NCBI GenBank assembly: GCA_958296065.1
Contig: CATQHX010000079.1
Coordinates: 68,417 to 132,416, forward strand
Source: Vicinamibacterales bacterium
Lineage (GTDB): Bacteria; Acidobacteriota; Vicinamibacteria; Vicinamibacterales; UBA8438
Length of the DNA stretch: 64,000 nt
Reading direction: 5' to 3'
In this document: positions 38,465 through 47,804 of the stretch, piece by piece
How positions within the stretch are numbered: position 1 is the first letter of the stretch
Layout: each line of letters opens with the position of its first letter
Translations under genes and position numbers: made by a program
The notes under the pieces: model-generated
Databases searched by the model: none
What the model was told of the DNA's origin: nothing
What the model saw: the letters and a program-made list of their open reading frames with translations, nothing else

Positions 38465-39637
38465 TCACACGTGCGGGCGCGACACCACCGAACGAGGTGC
38501 GCCGATCCGACCAGCCCGTGGCAGGATTCCGCGCGGCAGATCACGCCGAGGACGATCGTGCGGCTCGGCGTGTGCCGGGGTCCGCATGATCTTGGCGACA
38601 AACGGGGAGGTCATGGCGTGCAGCAGCGCGCTGTAGTCGAGCTGGAACCGTATTTCGGCGCCGACCGACAGCCGGTCGTGGCCGGAGTCCGCGACGAGAT
38701 GGTCGCTGCTGGCTCCAAGGATCGCGATGCCCGGCGGCGCGTGGAGCCCCTCGGGGTCGGTGTCCTGACGCCCGAGCGCGAAGATTACCTGGGAGGCGTC
38801 GCCCCGGTCCGCGCTCGGCGGCGGGGTCCCGAATGCCGTCTCCGCGAGCGTGCCCCAGGGCCGCGACGGCTTGGTGCTCGACTCGATCACCTCGGCTACG
38901 AGGCTGATGGCGTCGCAGTGCAGCCCGTCGATGGGGCTGCGTCGCAACGGCTCGCGACCGAGCAGAATCGATTCGCCCAGGCGGAGGTTGTTGATCCGCC
39001 CGGTGTCCGCGGCGCCGAGGGCCCAGTCGAGGTTGGCGGAGTTGCCTCCGGACACGATGCCGACCCGCTGGCCGAGCGCCGCATCGAGCGAGTCCGCGAG
39101 GGCGGACAGCTCCGCCATGTTCCTGGCGTCGGGCGACACGCCGCTACGGCAGGCGAGGTTCGTGCCGATGCCCCGGAGCGCGATGTTCGGGAGGCCCAGC
39201 GTTTCACGCGCGGCGTGTTCGAGGTCGCCGGGCATGATGCCTTCGCGGAGATCGCCGAGCTCGACCATCAGCACGACCCCGTGACGGCGTCCCGAGGCCT
39301 GCGCGGCGGACGAGAGCGCCCGGATGACGTCGATCTCGGTGTTGAAGCTCACGTCCGCGTGCGCGACGACGCGGGTCGCCTGGCTGAGCATCGGCGCGCG
39401 CAGAAGGATCATCGACGCCGGCACCCGCGCGCGGCGCAGCGCCTCGATGTTCTCGATGCGGGAATCGCCAAGCACCTTCACGCCGGCGCTCAGCAGGGCG
39501 CCGGCCACCGCCGGCGAGCCGAGGGTCGCCTTGGTGACGCCGGTCACCCAGATGCCCCGGCCGGCCAGCCGGGCGACCAGGGTGCGCGCGTTGTGGCGAA
39601 TCTTGTCGAGGTCGATCTCGAGTCGCGGCGCGCTCAT
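38465..39637 (-). CDS. Alanine-racemase-fold (PLP fold type III) predicted amino-acid racemase, YhfX/Orr-like
   Basis: Internal ATG 39637 overlaps the upstream gene's stop by 4 nt. IDLDKIRHNARTL..., PLP-lysine context GVTKATLGSP, MVELGDLREG, GGNSANL. Confidence 0.75.
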   Translation of the reverse strand: MSAPRLEIDLDKIRHNARTLVARLAGRGIWVTGVTKATLGSPAVAGALLSAGVKVLGDSRIENIEALRRARVPASMILLRAPMLSQATRVVAHADVSFNTEIDVIRALSSAAQASGRRHGVVLMVELGDLREGIMPGDLEHAARETLGLPNIALRGIGTNLACRSGVSPDARNMAELSALADSLDAALGQRVGIVSGGNSANLDWALGAADTGRINNLRLGESILLGREPLRRSPIDGLHCDAISLVAEVIESSTKPSRPWGTLAETAFGTPPPSADRGDASQVIFALGRQDTDPEGLHAPPGIAILGASSDHLVADSGHDRLSVGAEIRFQLDYSALLHAMTSPFVAKIMRTPAHAEPHDRPRRDLPRGILPRAGRIGAPRSVVSRPHV

Positions 39638-40794
39638 CGCACGCCGGCGACCGGCGTCCCCTCGAGCTGTGGGAACGCCGAGCACACCATGTCCGCCAGG
39701 CGCTCGGGCGACCGGGTCAGCGCATCGGTGGCCGGGATGCCGAGCTCGCGTTCGTAGCTGACGATGGCGGCGGAGACCTCGGCCTCGGTCATGTGCTCGT
39801 GATTGATCGTGAGACCGATGACGGTCGTGTCCGCGAAGGTCTGGATGAGGTTGATCTCGGCGGCGGCGGTAGGCATCGGCATCTGTTCGTAGTCGCAACG
39901 GTGGGGACGTCCCGGGGCGTGCTGCAGCACCACCCCGTGCGGATGGCAGCCGCGGAGGATGAGGCTCGACGTAGAGAACGCGGGGTGCCCGAGCGCGCCC
40001 TGGCCTTCGATGACGATCACGTCGGGCCGCTCGGACTCGAAGGCGTCCACGATCGTGGCCTCCAGCTCACCCGAGCAGAACTGCGAGGGAATCGCGTCGA
40101 GCGCGACACCGTAGCGGGCGCCCTGGATCAGGCAGGTCTGGCCGGTGCCGATCATCACCGCCTTGACGCCCCGCTCGTTGAGGGCGCGGGTCAGAATGGT
40201 GGCCGTGGTCCGTTTGCCGATGGCGCAGTCGGTGCCCAGCACGGCGATGCGCGGGCAGGTCACCTCGGCGAGGCGGCCACTGAAGATGCGCAGGTCCTTC
40301 TTGGCGCGCGGCCGGCGGACGTCGAGGATCGCCACGTTCTTCGCGCGGCTCATCGCGAGGAACTCCGGGTCGTCCTGCAGAAACTCGTGCAGGCCGTTGA
40401 CGACGTTCATCCCCAGCGCCATCGCCTCGAGGACCACCCTGCGCTCGTGCGGCGAGAGCAGACCGGTGGCCGGCGCGATCCCGATGATGAAGTAGTCCGG
40501 CGTGCAGCGGGCATGCGCCAGCGCGTCGGCGAGGTTGCGCCGGATGGGAATGTCGTTCGGTCCGTCGCCGAGCACCACGCCGGCATCGAGACCGGCCTTG
40601 CCGCTGTCGATGACCGCGAGGATCTCGTAGCGTTCCGAGTGCCGGACCAGCCCGTTCGCGGTCTTGCCGTCGGCGTCCCCGAAGTTGCCCTCGCAGTAGA
40701 CGATGGCCGATGCGTCCCGTTCCGTCCCGGCCGGGCGGTGCGTCGTCGGCGAGGTTGGCGGGCTCGGTGGATTCCGGCGATTCGCGACTATCAA
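39634..40794 (-). CDS. DUF1611-domain protein (P-loop-like; family includes DgcN-type N-acetyltransferases)
   Basis: AIVYCEGNFGDADGKTANGLVRHSERYEILAVIDS..., VLGTDCAIGKRTTA, IVIEGQGALGHPAFS. Proposed TTG start at 40794 forms a TTGA overlap with the upstream small ORF; the start is uncertain. Confidence 0.7.
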   Translation of the reverse strand: MIVANRRNPPSPPTSPTTHRPAGTERDASAIVYCEGNFGDADGKTANGLVRHSERYEILAVIDSGKAGLDAGVVLGDGPNDIPIRRNLADALAHARCTPDYFIIGIAPATGLLSPHERRVVLEAMALGMNVVNGLHEFLQDDPEFLAMSRAKNVAILDVRRPRAKKDLRIFSGRLAEVTCPRIAVLGTDCAIGKRTTATILTRALNERGVKAVMIGTGQTCLIQGARYGVALDAIPSQFCSGELEATIVDAFESERPDVIVIEGQGALGHPAFSTSSLILRGCHPHGVVLQHAPGRPHRCDYEQMPMPTAAAEINLIQTFADTTVIGLTINHEHMTEAEVSAAIVSYERELGIPATDALTRSPERLADMVCSAFPQLEGTPVAGVR

Positions 40795-41018
40795 AGGCCC
40801 GTCCGGTCGGTCGCCTCGGACAGCACTAGCGACGTCGTTCCCGTCGGCTGCAGCCGATCGAGATACACGATGAGGGTCACCGCCAGGGCGATGGCCCCGG
40901 CGTTCAGCCCAACCCAGTTTTCGACCGAGACCTGACCGGGTACGAGGAGGATCCAGGCGGTCACCGTCAGCATGAGCCGCGTGGCGAGAGCCATCCGGCA
41001 ACCGGATCGTGTCGACAT
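40791..41018 (-). CDS. Small two-TM membrane protein (75 aa), possible first gene of the DUF1611-racemase operon
   Basis: MALATRLMLTVTAWILLVPG...LNAGAIALAVTLIVYL gives two hydrophobic helices. The stop overlaps the proposed TTG start of the next gene. Confidence 0.4.
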   Translation of the reverse strand: MSTRSGCRMALATRLMLTVTAWILLVPGQVSVENWVGLNAGAIALAVTLIVYLDRLQPTGTTSLVLSEATDRTGL

Positions 41019-41436
41019 GTGGTCCTCCAGACGGCCGCGATCTCCGCGGCCAGAAGATGTGCGGGTCGGTTGACCGGTGACGGACAGATTCCCCGTCTCG
41101 GTCGCCGGACCGACAGCGGCTGCTGCTGCAGTGACGCCGACTCCGCACCGGCGGAACGTGCACTGACACGTTCGCCCACCGAGTTCGGCTTTGGTGAGGG
41201 CTGGGGCTTTCGGCCTCGGCAGAACGCCGACGGCAGATCTCAGAAAAGCAGTGCTCAGGCAGTATACCCCGGATCGCGAGCAGGCCCATCAACTCGAAGT
41301 TGGCGAATCGCCCCTCGAATGCAGCGCGGTTTCCACGGGTTCCCAGGCGGAGCTTGGCGAGCGGGAGGCGGGGAGGGAGAAATGACCCATCGATATCTTG
41401 TGGTGTTCCGTCGGCTCGTGGCGACGTGGATACCGA

Positions 41437-42984
41437 TCAAGCCCGCTCTACGTCGAACGCCGCGAGGTTGCGGGCTTCCTTGCTGAACTCCACCGCGATC
41501 AGGTGGATCGGTTCGCCCCGGTCGCGGTACTTGTCCGCGTAGCCCTTCGCCTTCAACTGCGCCATCGCGGCGCCTTCGGGCGCCAGCTCCACCACCTTGA
41601 ACTCGAACAGGTACACCTGGCCGTTGAAGCGCACCGCCATGTCCAGGCGGCCGTGGCTGCTGCTGTCCTCCACCACGACGTCCAGGCCCAACCCCGCGAA
41701 GTACGAGTAGAACACGCTGGCGTAGAAGCCTTCGTAGCCGGCGATGTCGTTGTTCGTGTACCACTGGTGCGGAATGCTGGCGAAGAACGCCTCGAACAGC
41801 GCCGCCAGACCCGTGAAGTCGTTGACCAGCAGCAGGTCGTAGAGCCGCGCGCTGTGCGCGGCCCGCCGGGACGCGTCCCCCGTCATGCGGTTCAGCAGGC
41901 TCCGGTTCAGGCTCTGCCGCACTTCCCGGTTCGGATACCCCAGCCGGTAGAACATCTCTCCGCCCCGCGGCTCGGGACGCTCGATGGTCAGGTAGCCGGT
42001 CTGGAACAGCAGCGCCTCGGTCGGCATGTCGCCGACGTCGAAGGTGGACAGCAGCTCGGCGCTGCCGAGCATGCCGTCGAGCGCCAGCGAACCGACCCGC
42101 CGCGAAAACAGCGTATCGACCAGAAACGTCGGCGTGCCGGTCTCGAACCAGTGGGCGGCGAACTCGCGGTTGCGAAACAGCAGCAGGATGTCGAACGGGT
42201 TGTAGACTTTCTCGTCGCCGCGCCAACTGTAGCCGTTGTACCAGTCGCGGACCTGATCCCGGTCCAGGCCGCCGAGTTCCGGCGCGAACACGGTGTCGAG
42301 ATCCGCGTCGGTGTAGCCGCAGATGGCCGAGTAGTTCGGCTCCAGGGTGATGTCGGTGAGGTTGTTGAGGCCGGAGAACAGGCTCGCTTTGGAGAACTTG
42401 CTCACGCCGGTGATGAAGCTGAAGCGGATGTGCGCGTCGCTGTCCTTGATGACCGCGTAGAGGCCGCGGAGGAAGTCGCGGTTGGCGCGGGCGACCTCCG
42501 GCGTGTCCAGCGCGTCCAGAATCGGCTTGTCGTACTCGTCCACTAGGACGACGGCCCGCTGCCCGGCCTGCGCGCTCGACGTCCGGACGAGGTGACCGAA
42601 GCGCTCCGGGGCCGTGTCGTAGCGGGAAGCGATGCCGAGCTGCTCTTCCAGGACGTCGAGCTGGGCCATCAGGTTGATGTGCAGGTAGCCCGGTTCCTTG
42701 AAGTTGCCGCTGCCGAAGCTGAGGCGCAGCACGGGATGGCGCACCGACCAGTCCCACCGGTCGTGGATGGCGAGCCCCTCGAACAGCGGCTCGTTGCCCT
42801 CGAACAGCTCCTTGCAGGTGTCCAGGAACAGGCTCTTGCCGAAGCGGCGCGGGCGCGACAGGAAGTAGTGAGTGCCCTCGTCGAGCAACCGCCGAATGTA
42901 GGCGGTCTTGTCCACGTAGTAGCAGTGGTCCTCGCGGACCGTTCGGAAGGTCTGCACGCCGATGGGCAGCTTGCGTCGCGTCAT
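41437..42984 (-). CDS. AAA-ATPase-like (DUF1703) protein with C-terminal PD-(D/E)XK nuclease-like domain
   Basis: LPIGVQTFRTVREDHCYYVDKTAYI..., P-loop-like SRPRRFGKSL, VLVDEYDKP, C-terminal GRLDMAVRFNGQVYLFEFK. Start taken at ATG 42984. Confidence 0.85.
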   Translation of the reverse strand: MTRRKLPIGVQTFRTVREDHCYYVDKTAYIRRLLDEGTHYFLSRPRRFGKSLFLDTCKELFEGNEPLFEGLAIHDRWDWSVRHPVLRLSFGSGNFKEPGYLHINLMAQLDVLEEQLGIASRYDTAPERFGHLVRTSSAQAGQRAVVLVDEYDKPILDALDTPEVARANRDFLRGLYAVIKDSDAHIRFSFITGVSKFSKASLFSGLNNLTDITLEPNYSAICGYTDADLDTVFAPELGGLDRDQVRDWYNGYSWRGDEKVYNPFDILLLFRNREFAAHWFETGTPTFLVDTLFSRRVGSLALDGMLGSAELLSTFDVGDMPTEALLFQTGYLTIERPEPRGGEMFYRLGYPNREVRQSLNRSLLNRMTGDASRRAAHSARLYDLLLVNDFTGLAALFEAFFASIPHQWYTNNDIAGYEGFYASVFYSYFAGLGLDVVVEDSSSHGRLDMAVRFNGQVYLFEFKVVELAPEGAAMAQLKAKGYADKYRDRGEPIHLIAVEFSKEARNLAAFDVERA

Positions 42985-43306
42985 GGAACGCTCACGGATC
43001 GTGGTCGCAACCGGTCTCAATCCCTATTGTCGCATCCGAGATCGGGTGTTCGCGCGTGGCTGCATCGACCGCGCCTGTCGGTGCTACGCAGGTTCCCCAT
43101 GGACTGCTCTGTACGGCGTCGGTCCGGTCGCCGTCCGGGCGGAGTGCCGGGTCGGCGGTGCGGCCGATTGACGCACGACATCGGGGCAGTGCCGGGGTAG
43201 ACTTGCCGAACCGGGCGAGCCGGCGTCTTCCGCGTGATGACCGCCGGCCCGCGCCCTGTTTCGGTAGCCGCGTCTCTCGAGGCACCCGGATCTGAAGGAG
43301 GCAGCG

Positions 43307-45157
43307 ATGGCTGCAACCCGCATCCTCTTCGGTGTGACGTTCCTCATGGCGCTCATGGCGTTCGGCTTCCCGCTCCAGCTTGCCGCGCAGGAGGGCGCCG
43401 GTCCGGCGGCGATGCGCGCCGCGCCGGACTTCCGCACGGTCCGTCCGGTCATCCGCGGGCAGGACTACGCGGTCAGCTCCATGAAGGCGCAGGCGACGGC
43501 CGCGGCGGTCGAGATTCTCGACGCCGGCGGCAACGCCTTCGACGCCGCGGTCGCGGGGCAGGCGGTGCTGGCCCTGGTCGATCCGGCGATGAACGGCATC
43601 GGGGCCGACGCGGTGCTGCTGGTTTACGACGCGGAGGCGAAGCAGGTCTACTCGATCAACGCGGAGGGGATGGCGCCGGAGCTGGCCACCATCGAGTGGT
43701 ACGAGCAGCACAACAACGCCGAGCTGCCGCGCAGCGACGGGCTGCTGGCCGCGTCCACTCCCGGCGTGGTCGACGCCTGGTACATCCTGCTCGACCGCTG
43801 GGGGACGATGACCTTCGAGCAGACGCTGCGGCGGGCGATCTCGGTGGCGGCCGACGGGTTCCCGGTCAGCGAGGGGCTCAGCCGCACGATCGCCAACTCG
43901 TCCAAGATCCGGAAGTACCCGACGACCATGAAGGTCTACTTCCCGGACGGGCGCGCGCCGGTGCCGGGCGAGATCTTCCGCAATCCCGACGCCGCCCGCG
44001 TGCTGGAGAAGATCGTGGAGGCCGAGCGCGAGAACGCCCAGCTCGGCCGCTCGGCGGCGCTGAAGGCGGGCCGCGACCGCTTCTACAAGGGCGACATCGC
44101 GCGGGACATGGGCAAGTTCTTCGAGGAGCACGGCGGCCTCTACCGCTACGAGGACTTCGCCGCCTACAGCGCCAAGGTGGAGACGCCGGTCTCGACCAAC
44201 TACCGCGGCTACGAGGTCTACAAGAACCCGTCGGCCAGCCAGGGGCCGGCCGAGCTGTTCACGCTGAACATCCTGGAGGGCTTCGACCTCGCGGCCATGC
44301 GCCACAACAGCGCCGACTACGTCCACACGAGCGCCGAGGCGCTGAAGCTGGCCTTCGCCGACCGCGACAAGTACCTCGGCGACCAGGACGTGGTCCCCAT
44401 TCCCTACGAGGGGCTGCTGTCGAAGGACTACGCGGCCGAGCGCCGCGCGCTGGTCGACCCGGCCAAAGCGTCGCTGGAGTTCCGGCCAGGCGCTCCCGAG
44501 CGGTTCATGCAGAACCCGCCGCCGACCCCGGCCCACCCGCGCGTCACCTTCGCGGGGGACGCCGATCACGAGGGCGACACCAGCTACATCGCGGTGGTCG
44601 ACGGCGACCGCAACATGGTGAGCTTCGAGCCGAGCCTGCACAGCGGCTTCGGGACCGGCGTGGTCGTCGGCGATCTGGGGTTCAGCTTCACGTGCCGGGG
44701 CGACTACTACTCGCTGGTCCACGGCGAGGCCAACGCCCTGGCGCCGGGCAAGCGCCCGCGCAGCACGCTGCAGAGCACCCTGGTCATGAAGGACGGCGCG
44801 CCGTGGGGCATCCTGGGCAGCCCCGGCGGCGACGACCAGATCATGCGGACGATGCAGACCTTGCTGAACATGGTGGAGTTCAACATGAACGTGCAGCAGG
44901 CGATAGAGGCGCCGCGCTGGTCGACGCGCAGCTTCCCGGCCTCGCCGTTCCCGCACACCATGTATCCGGGCGACCTGTCGGTGGAGCGGGGCATCTCGGC
45001 CGAGGTGCGCGCGGTGCTGGAGGCGAAGGGCCACGCGCTGCGGGTGCGTCCGGAATGGTCGATGGGCTCGAACGCCGCGATCGTCGTGGACCACCAGCAC
45101 GGCGTGCTGGCGGCCGGCGTCGATCCCCGGACGGAGGGGGTCGCCTGGGCGAAGTGA
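43307..45157 (+). CDS. ggt: Gamma-glutamyltransferase family protein, secreted
   Basis: Signal peptide. GGNAFDAAVA, autoprocessing nucleophile context EGDTSYIAVVDGDRNMVSFEPS, LGSPGGDDQI. Confidence 0.88.
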   Translation: MAATRILFGVTFLMALMAFGFPLQLAAQEGAGPAAMRAAPDFRTVRPVIRGQDYAVSSMKAQATAAAVEILDAGGNAFDAAVAGQAVLALVDPAMNGIGADAVLLVYDAEAKQVYSINAEGMAPELATIEWYEQHNNAELPRSDGLLAASTPGVVDAWYILLDRWGTMTFEQTLRRAISVAADGFPVSEGLSRTIANSSKIRKYPTTMKVYFPDGRAPVPGEIFRNPDAARVLEKIVEAERENAQLGRSAALKAGRDRFYKGDIARDMGKFFEEHGGLYRYEDFAAYSAKVETPVSTNYRGYEVYKNPSASQGPAELFTLNILEGFDLAAMRHNSADYVHTSAEALKLAFADRDKYLGDQDVVPIPYEGLLSKDYAAERRALVDPAKASLEFRPGAPERFMQNPPPTPAHPRVTFAGDADHEGDTSYIAVVDGDRNMVSFEPSLHSGFGTGVVVGDLGFSFTCRGDYYSLVHGEANALAPGKRPRSTLQSTLVMKDGAPWGILGSPGGDDQIMRTMQTLLNMVEFNMNVQQAIEAPRWSTRSFPASPFPHTMYPGDLSVERGISAEVRAVLEAKGHALRVRPEWSMGSNAAIVVDHQHGVLAAGVDPRTEGVAWAK

Positions 45158-45335
45158 ACCGCCGCGGCACTTGGATGTGATGCGCCTCGGCACGCGCGTC
45201 GAGGCGGGCGAAGCGCCGTTCGTGGCGGATCGCGATGCCGCACTCTACGAGCGGTATCGCAAGTAGCGGCCAGAACTGAACGACGGCGGATGGGAGTCCG
45301 CGGGCAGGGCTCCCGCAACGGGACGGGAGGTTGAC

Positions 45336-46589
45336 ATGAGACGACGCGTGCTGGAACTGTTCGGCGTGGCGGCGGCGGTCGCCGGCGTGACGGTGCTGCT
45401 GCAGTTGGCGCCGGTGCCGGTCGTGGGGCAGGCGCAGGAGACGCCCGCCGGGTCGGACGCCGCGCCGGCCGCCCCCACTCCGTGGGGCGAGCCGGACCTG
45501 CAGGGCATCTGGACCACCCAATACGAGATCCCGCTGGAGCGGCCTGCCCGCTTCGCCGACCAGGAGTTCCTGACCGACGAGCAGCGGGCCGAGCTGGACC
45601 AGGAGCGGGCGCGCATCATTTACGAGGACACCCGGTACGCCGACCGTGGCAGCGAGCAGGACGTGGGCGGCGCCTACAGCGCCGCGATCTACCTGTCGCA
45701 CAAGTACATGGGCCGGCGGACGTCGCTGATCATCGATCCGCCCGACGGCCGCATTCCGCCGCTGACGCCCGAGGCGCAGGCGCGCCGCGACGCCATCCGG
45801 GAGTACCAGCTCGCGCTGCTGCAGGCCACCGCGGTCTGCCGCGACAACCTGCCGTCCTGCGCGGGCGGCCAGTACGGGCCGCCGTCGCCGCGCCGCAACG
45901 AGCCGCCGCCGTTCTATCCGGCGACGGGCGCCGCGGCGGGCGGGTCGTTCAACCGCTCCGACGGCCCGGAGGATCGCGGCCTCGGCGAGCGCTGCATGTC
46001 GGCCAGGCTGCCCGACTTCGGGGGCGCGGCCGGCTACTTCCTGCAGGTGGTGCAGTCGCCGCAGACCGTGTCGATCTTCTACGACACCGGGCAGGGCCAG
46101 GGCTGGCAGCGGGTCATCCCCGTGACCGACCGCCCGCACCTGCCGCCGCACGTCCGGCAGTGGTGGGGCGATTCGCGCGGCCGCTGGGAGGGCGACACGC
46201 TGGTGGTCGACGTCACCAACTTCAGCCCCAAGACCGACTACCAGGGCTCGCGCGAGAACCTGCACCTGGTGGAGCGCTGGCGCCGCGTCGACGCCGAGAC
46301 GCTGGAGTACGTCGTCACGATGAACGACCCGACGACGTGGACCGCGCCCTGGACCGTCGCGCTGGAGCTGAGCCGGCAGAGCGACCAGCTCAACCGCATC
46401 TACAAGGAGCCCCGTTGCCACGAGGGCAACTACGGCATGCCCGCCCTGCTGCGAGGCTCGCGCGCCGAAGAGCAGGCGTTCGCCGACGGCACCGGCCCCG
46501 ATCCGGCCACGCTGTGCAGCGCCGGGTGCGGGGGCTTCGCCGCGGGCTTTGCCGACTCGGGCGACGAGGTCAATCCGCTGCGGCGGTGA
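45336..46589 (+). CDS. Secreted protein of unknown function (paralogue pair, member 1)
   Basis: Signal peptide. Shares PD(L/F)(Q/S)GIW, DGRIP(P/Y)TPEA and GRWEGDTLVVDVT(N/E)F blocks with 46704-47684. Confidence 0.6.
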   Translation: MRRRVLELFGVAAAVAGVTVLLQLAPVPVVGQAQETPAGSDAAPAAPTPWGEPDLQGIWTTQYEIPLERPARFADQEFLTDEQRAELDQERARIIYEDTRYADRGSEQDVGGAYSAAIYLSHKYMGRRTSLIIDPPDGRIPPLTPEAQARRDAIREYQLALLQATAVCRDNLPSCAGGQYGPPSPRRNEPPPFYPATGAAAGGSFNRSDGPEDRGLGERCMSARLPDFGGAAGYFLQVVQSPQTVSIFYDTGQGQGWQRVIPVTDRPHLPPHVRQWWGDSRGRWEGDTLVVDVTNFSPKTDYQGSRENLHLVERWRRVDAETLEYVVTMNDPTTWTAPWTVALELSRQSDQLNRIYKEPRCHEGNYGMPALLRGSRAEEQAFADGTGPDPATLCSAGCGGFAAGFADSGDEVNPLRR

Positions 46590-46703
46590 CCGGCGGGTGA
46601 CCGGCGGCCGGGGGTTTTTGCCGTGGAACGGTGCAGACCGCCGGCGAGGGTTGGTTGAGCGGCAAGCGGGGCCGCGGGCGACGAATGACGCAGGGGGTTC
46701 AAC

Positions 46704-47684
46704 GTGCGAAACCGAATGATATACGGCGGCTCGATAGTCACCGCGGTGCTCGTGACGGCGGCCGTCACCGCCGTCATCACCGCGTCGATGACCGGCGCGG
46801 CCGGTCAGGGGCAGGAGGCGGCGGACGCGGTCCGCACCGTCGACGGCCGGCCCGACTTCAGCGGCATCTGGCAGGCGAACAACGAGGCGCACTGGGACCT
46901 GGAGGCCCACGCCGCGCGTGCGGGCATGGTGACCCAGCAGGGTGCGTATCCGTTCGACTTCGTTCAGGTCCCGGCGGCCCCGGTGCTCGCGCTGGGCGCG
47001 GCCGGCGGCGTCCCCGCCTCGCTCGGCGTCGTCGAGGGCGACGGCCGGATCCCGTACACGCCGGAGGCGCGGGCCATCAAGGACGAGAACGCGGCCAACT
47101 GGATCGACCGCGACCCCGAGCTCAAGTGCTACCTGCCGGGGATCCCGCGGGCGATGTACATGCCCTACCCGTTCCAGATCGTGCAGAGCACGAACAAGAT
47201 CCAGATGGCGTTCGCGTTCACCAGCACGGCGCGGACCATTCACCTGGACGACGTCGAGCTGCCGCCCGACTGGACCTACATGGGGCACTCGGTGGGCCGC
47301 TGGGAGGGCGACACGCTGGTGGTCGACGTCACCGAGTTCAACGGCAAGAACTGGTTCGACCGAGCCGGCAACTTCCACAGCGAGGCGCTGCGGCTGGAGG
47401 AGCGCTTCACGCCGATCTCGCCCGACGCCATCCACTACGAGGTGACGATTACGGATCCGAACACCTTCACCGAGCCCTGGACCATCTCCATGCCGCTCTA
47501 CCGCCGCCTGGAGGACAACATGCAGCTGCTGGAGTACCGCTGCATCGAGTTCGTCGAGGAGTTCCTCTACGGGCACGTGCGCAAGGAGCAGCTCGTCACG
47601 ACCTGGGAGGGGGAGACCATCATCGTGGACATCCGGCGCAAGGTGCCGCCGGGGGACGCCTTCTACGACTGGTATCGCAAGTGA
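46704..47684 (+). CDS. Secreted protein of unknown function (paralogue pair, member 2)
   Basis: N-terminal TM/signal. PDFSGIWQANNEAHWDLEAH, CYLPGIPRAMYMPYPFQIVQ, GRWEGDTLVVDVTEFNGKNWFDRAGNFHS, ends FYDWYRK*. Confidence 0.6.
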   Translation: MRNRMIYGGSIVTAVLVTAAVTAVITASMTGAAGQGQEAADAVRTVDGRPDFSGIWQANNEAHWDLEAHAARAGMVTQQGAYPFDFVQVPAAPVLALGAAGGVPASLGVVEGDGRIPYTPEARAIKDENAANWIDRDPELKCYLPGIPRAMYMPYPFQIVQSTNKIQMAFAFTSTARTIHLDDVELPPDWTYMGHSVGRWEGDTLVVDVTEFNGKNWFDRAGNFHSEALRLEERFTPISPDAIHYEVTITDPNTFTEPWTISMPLYRRLEDNMQLLEYRCIEFVEEFLYGHVRKEQLVTTWEGETIIVDIRRKVPPGDAFYDWYRK

Positions 47685-47804
47685 GCCCCGGTTGCGGCGG
47701 CGCGCCGGCCAGCGCCGGTCGACACGCGGGCGGTGCGCGGCCGGACCAGCCCGGCCGGTAGCCCGGGTTGCCGCAACGGCTGACGGGAGGGCAGACTGTC
47801 CGTC

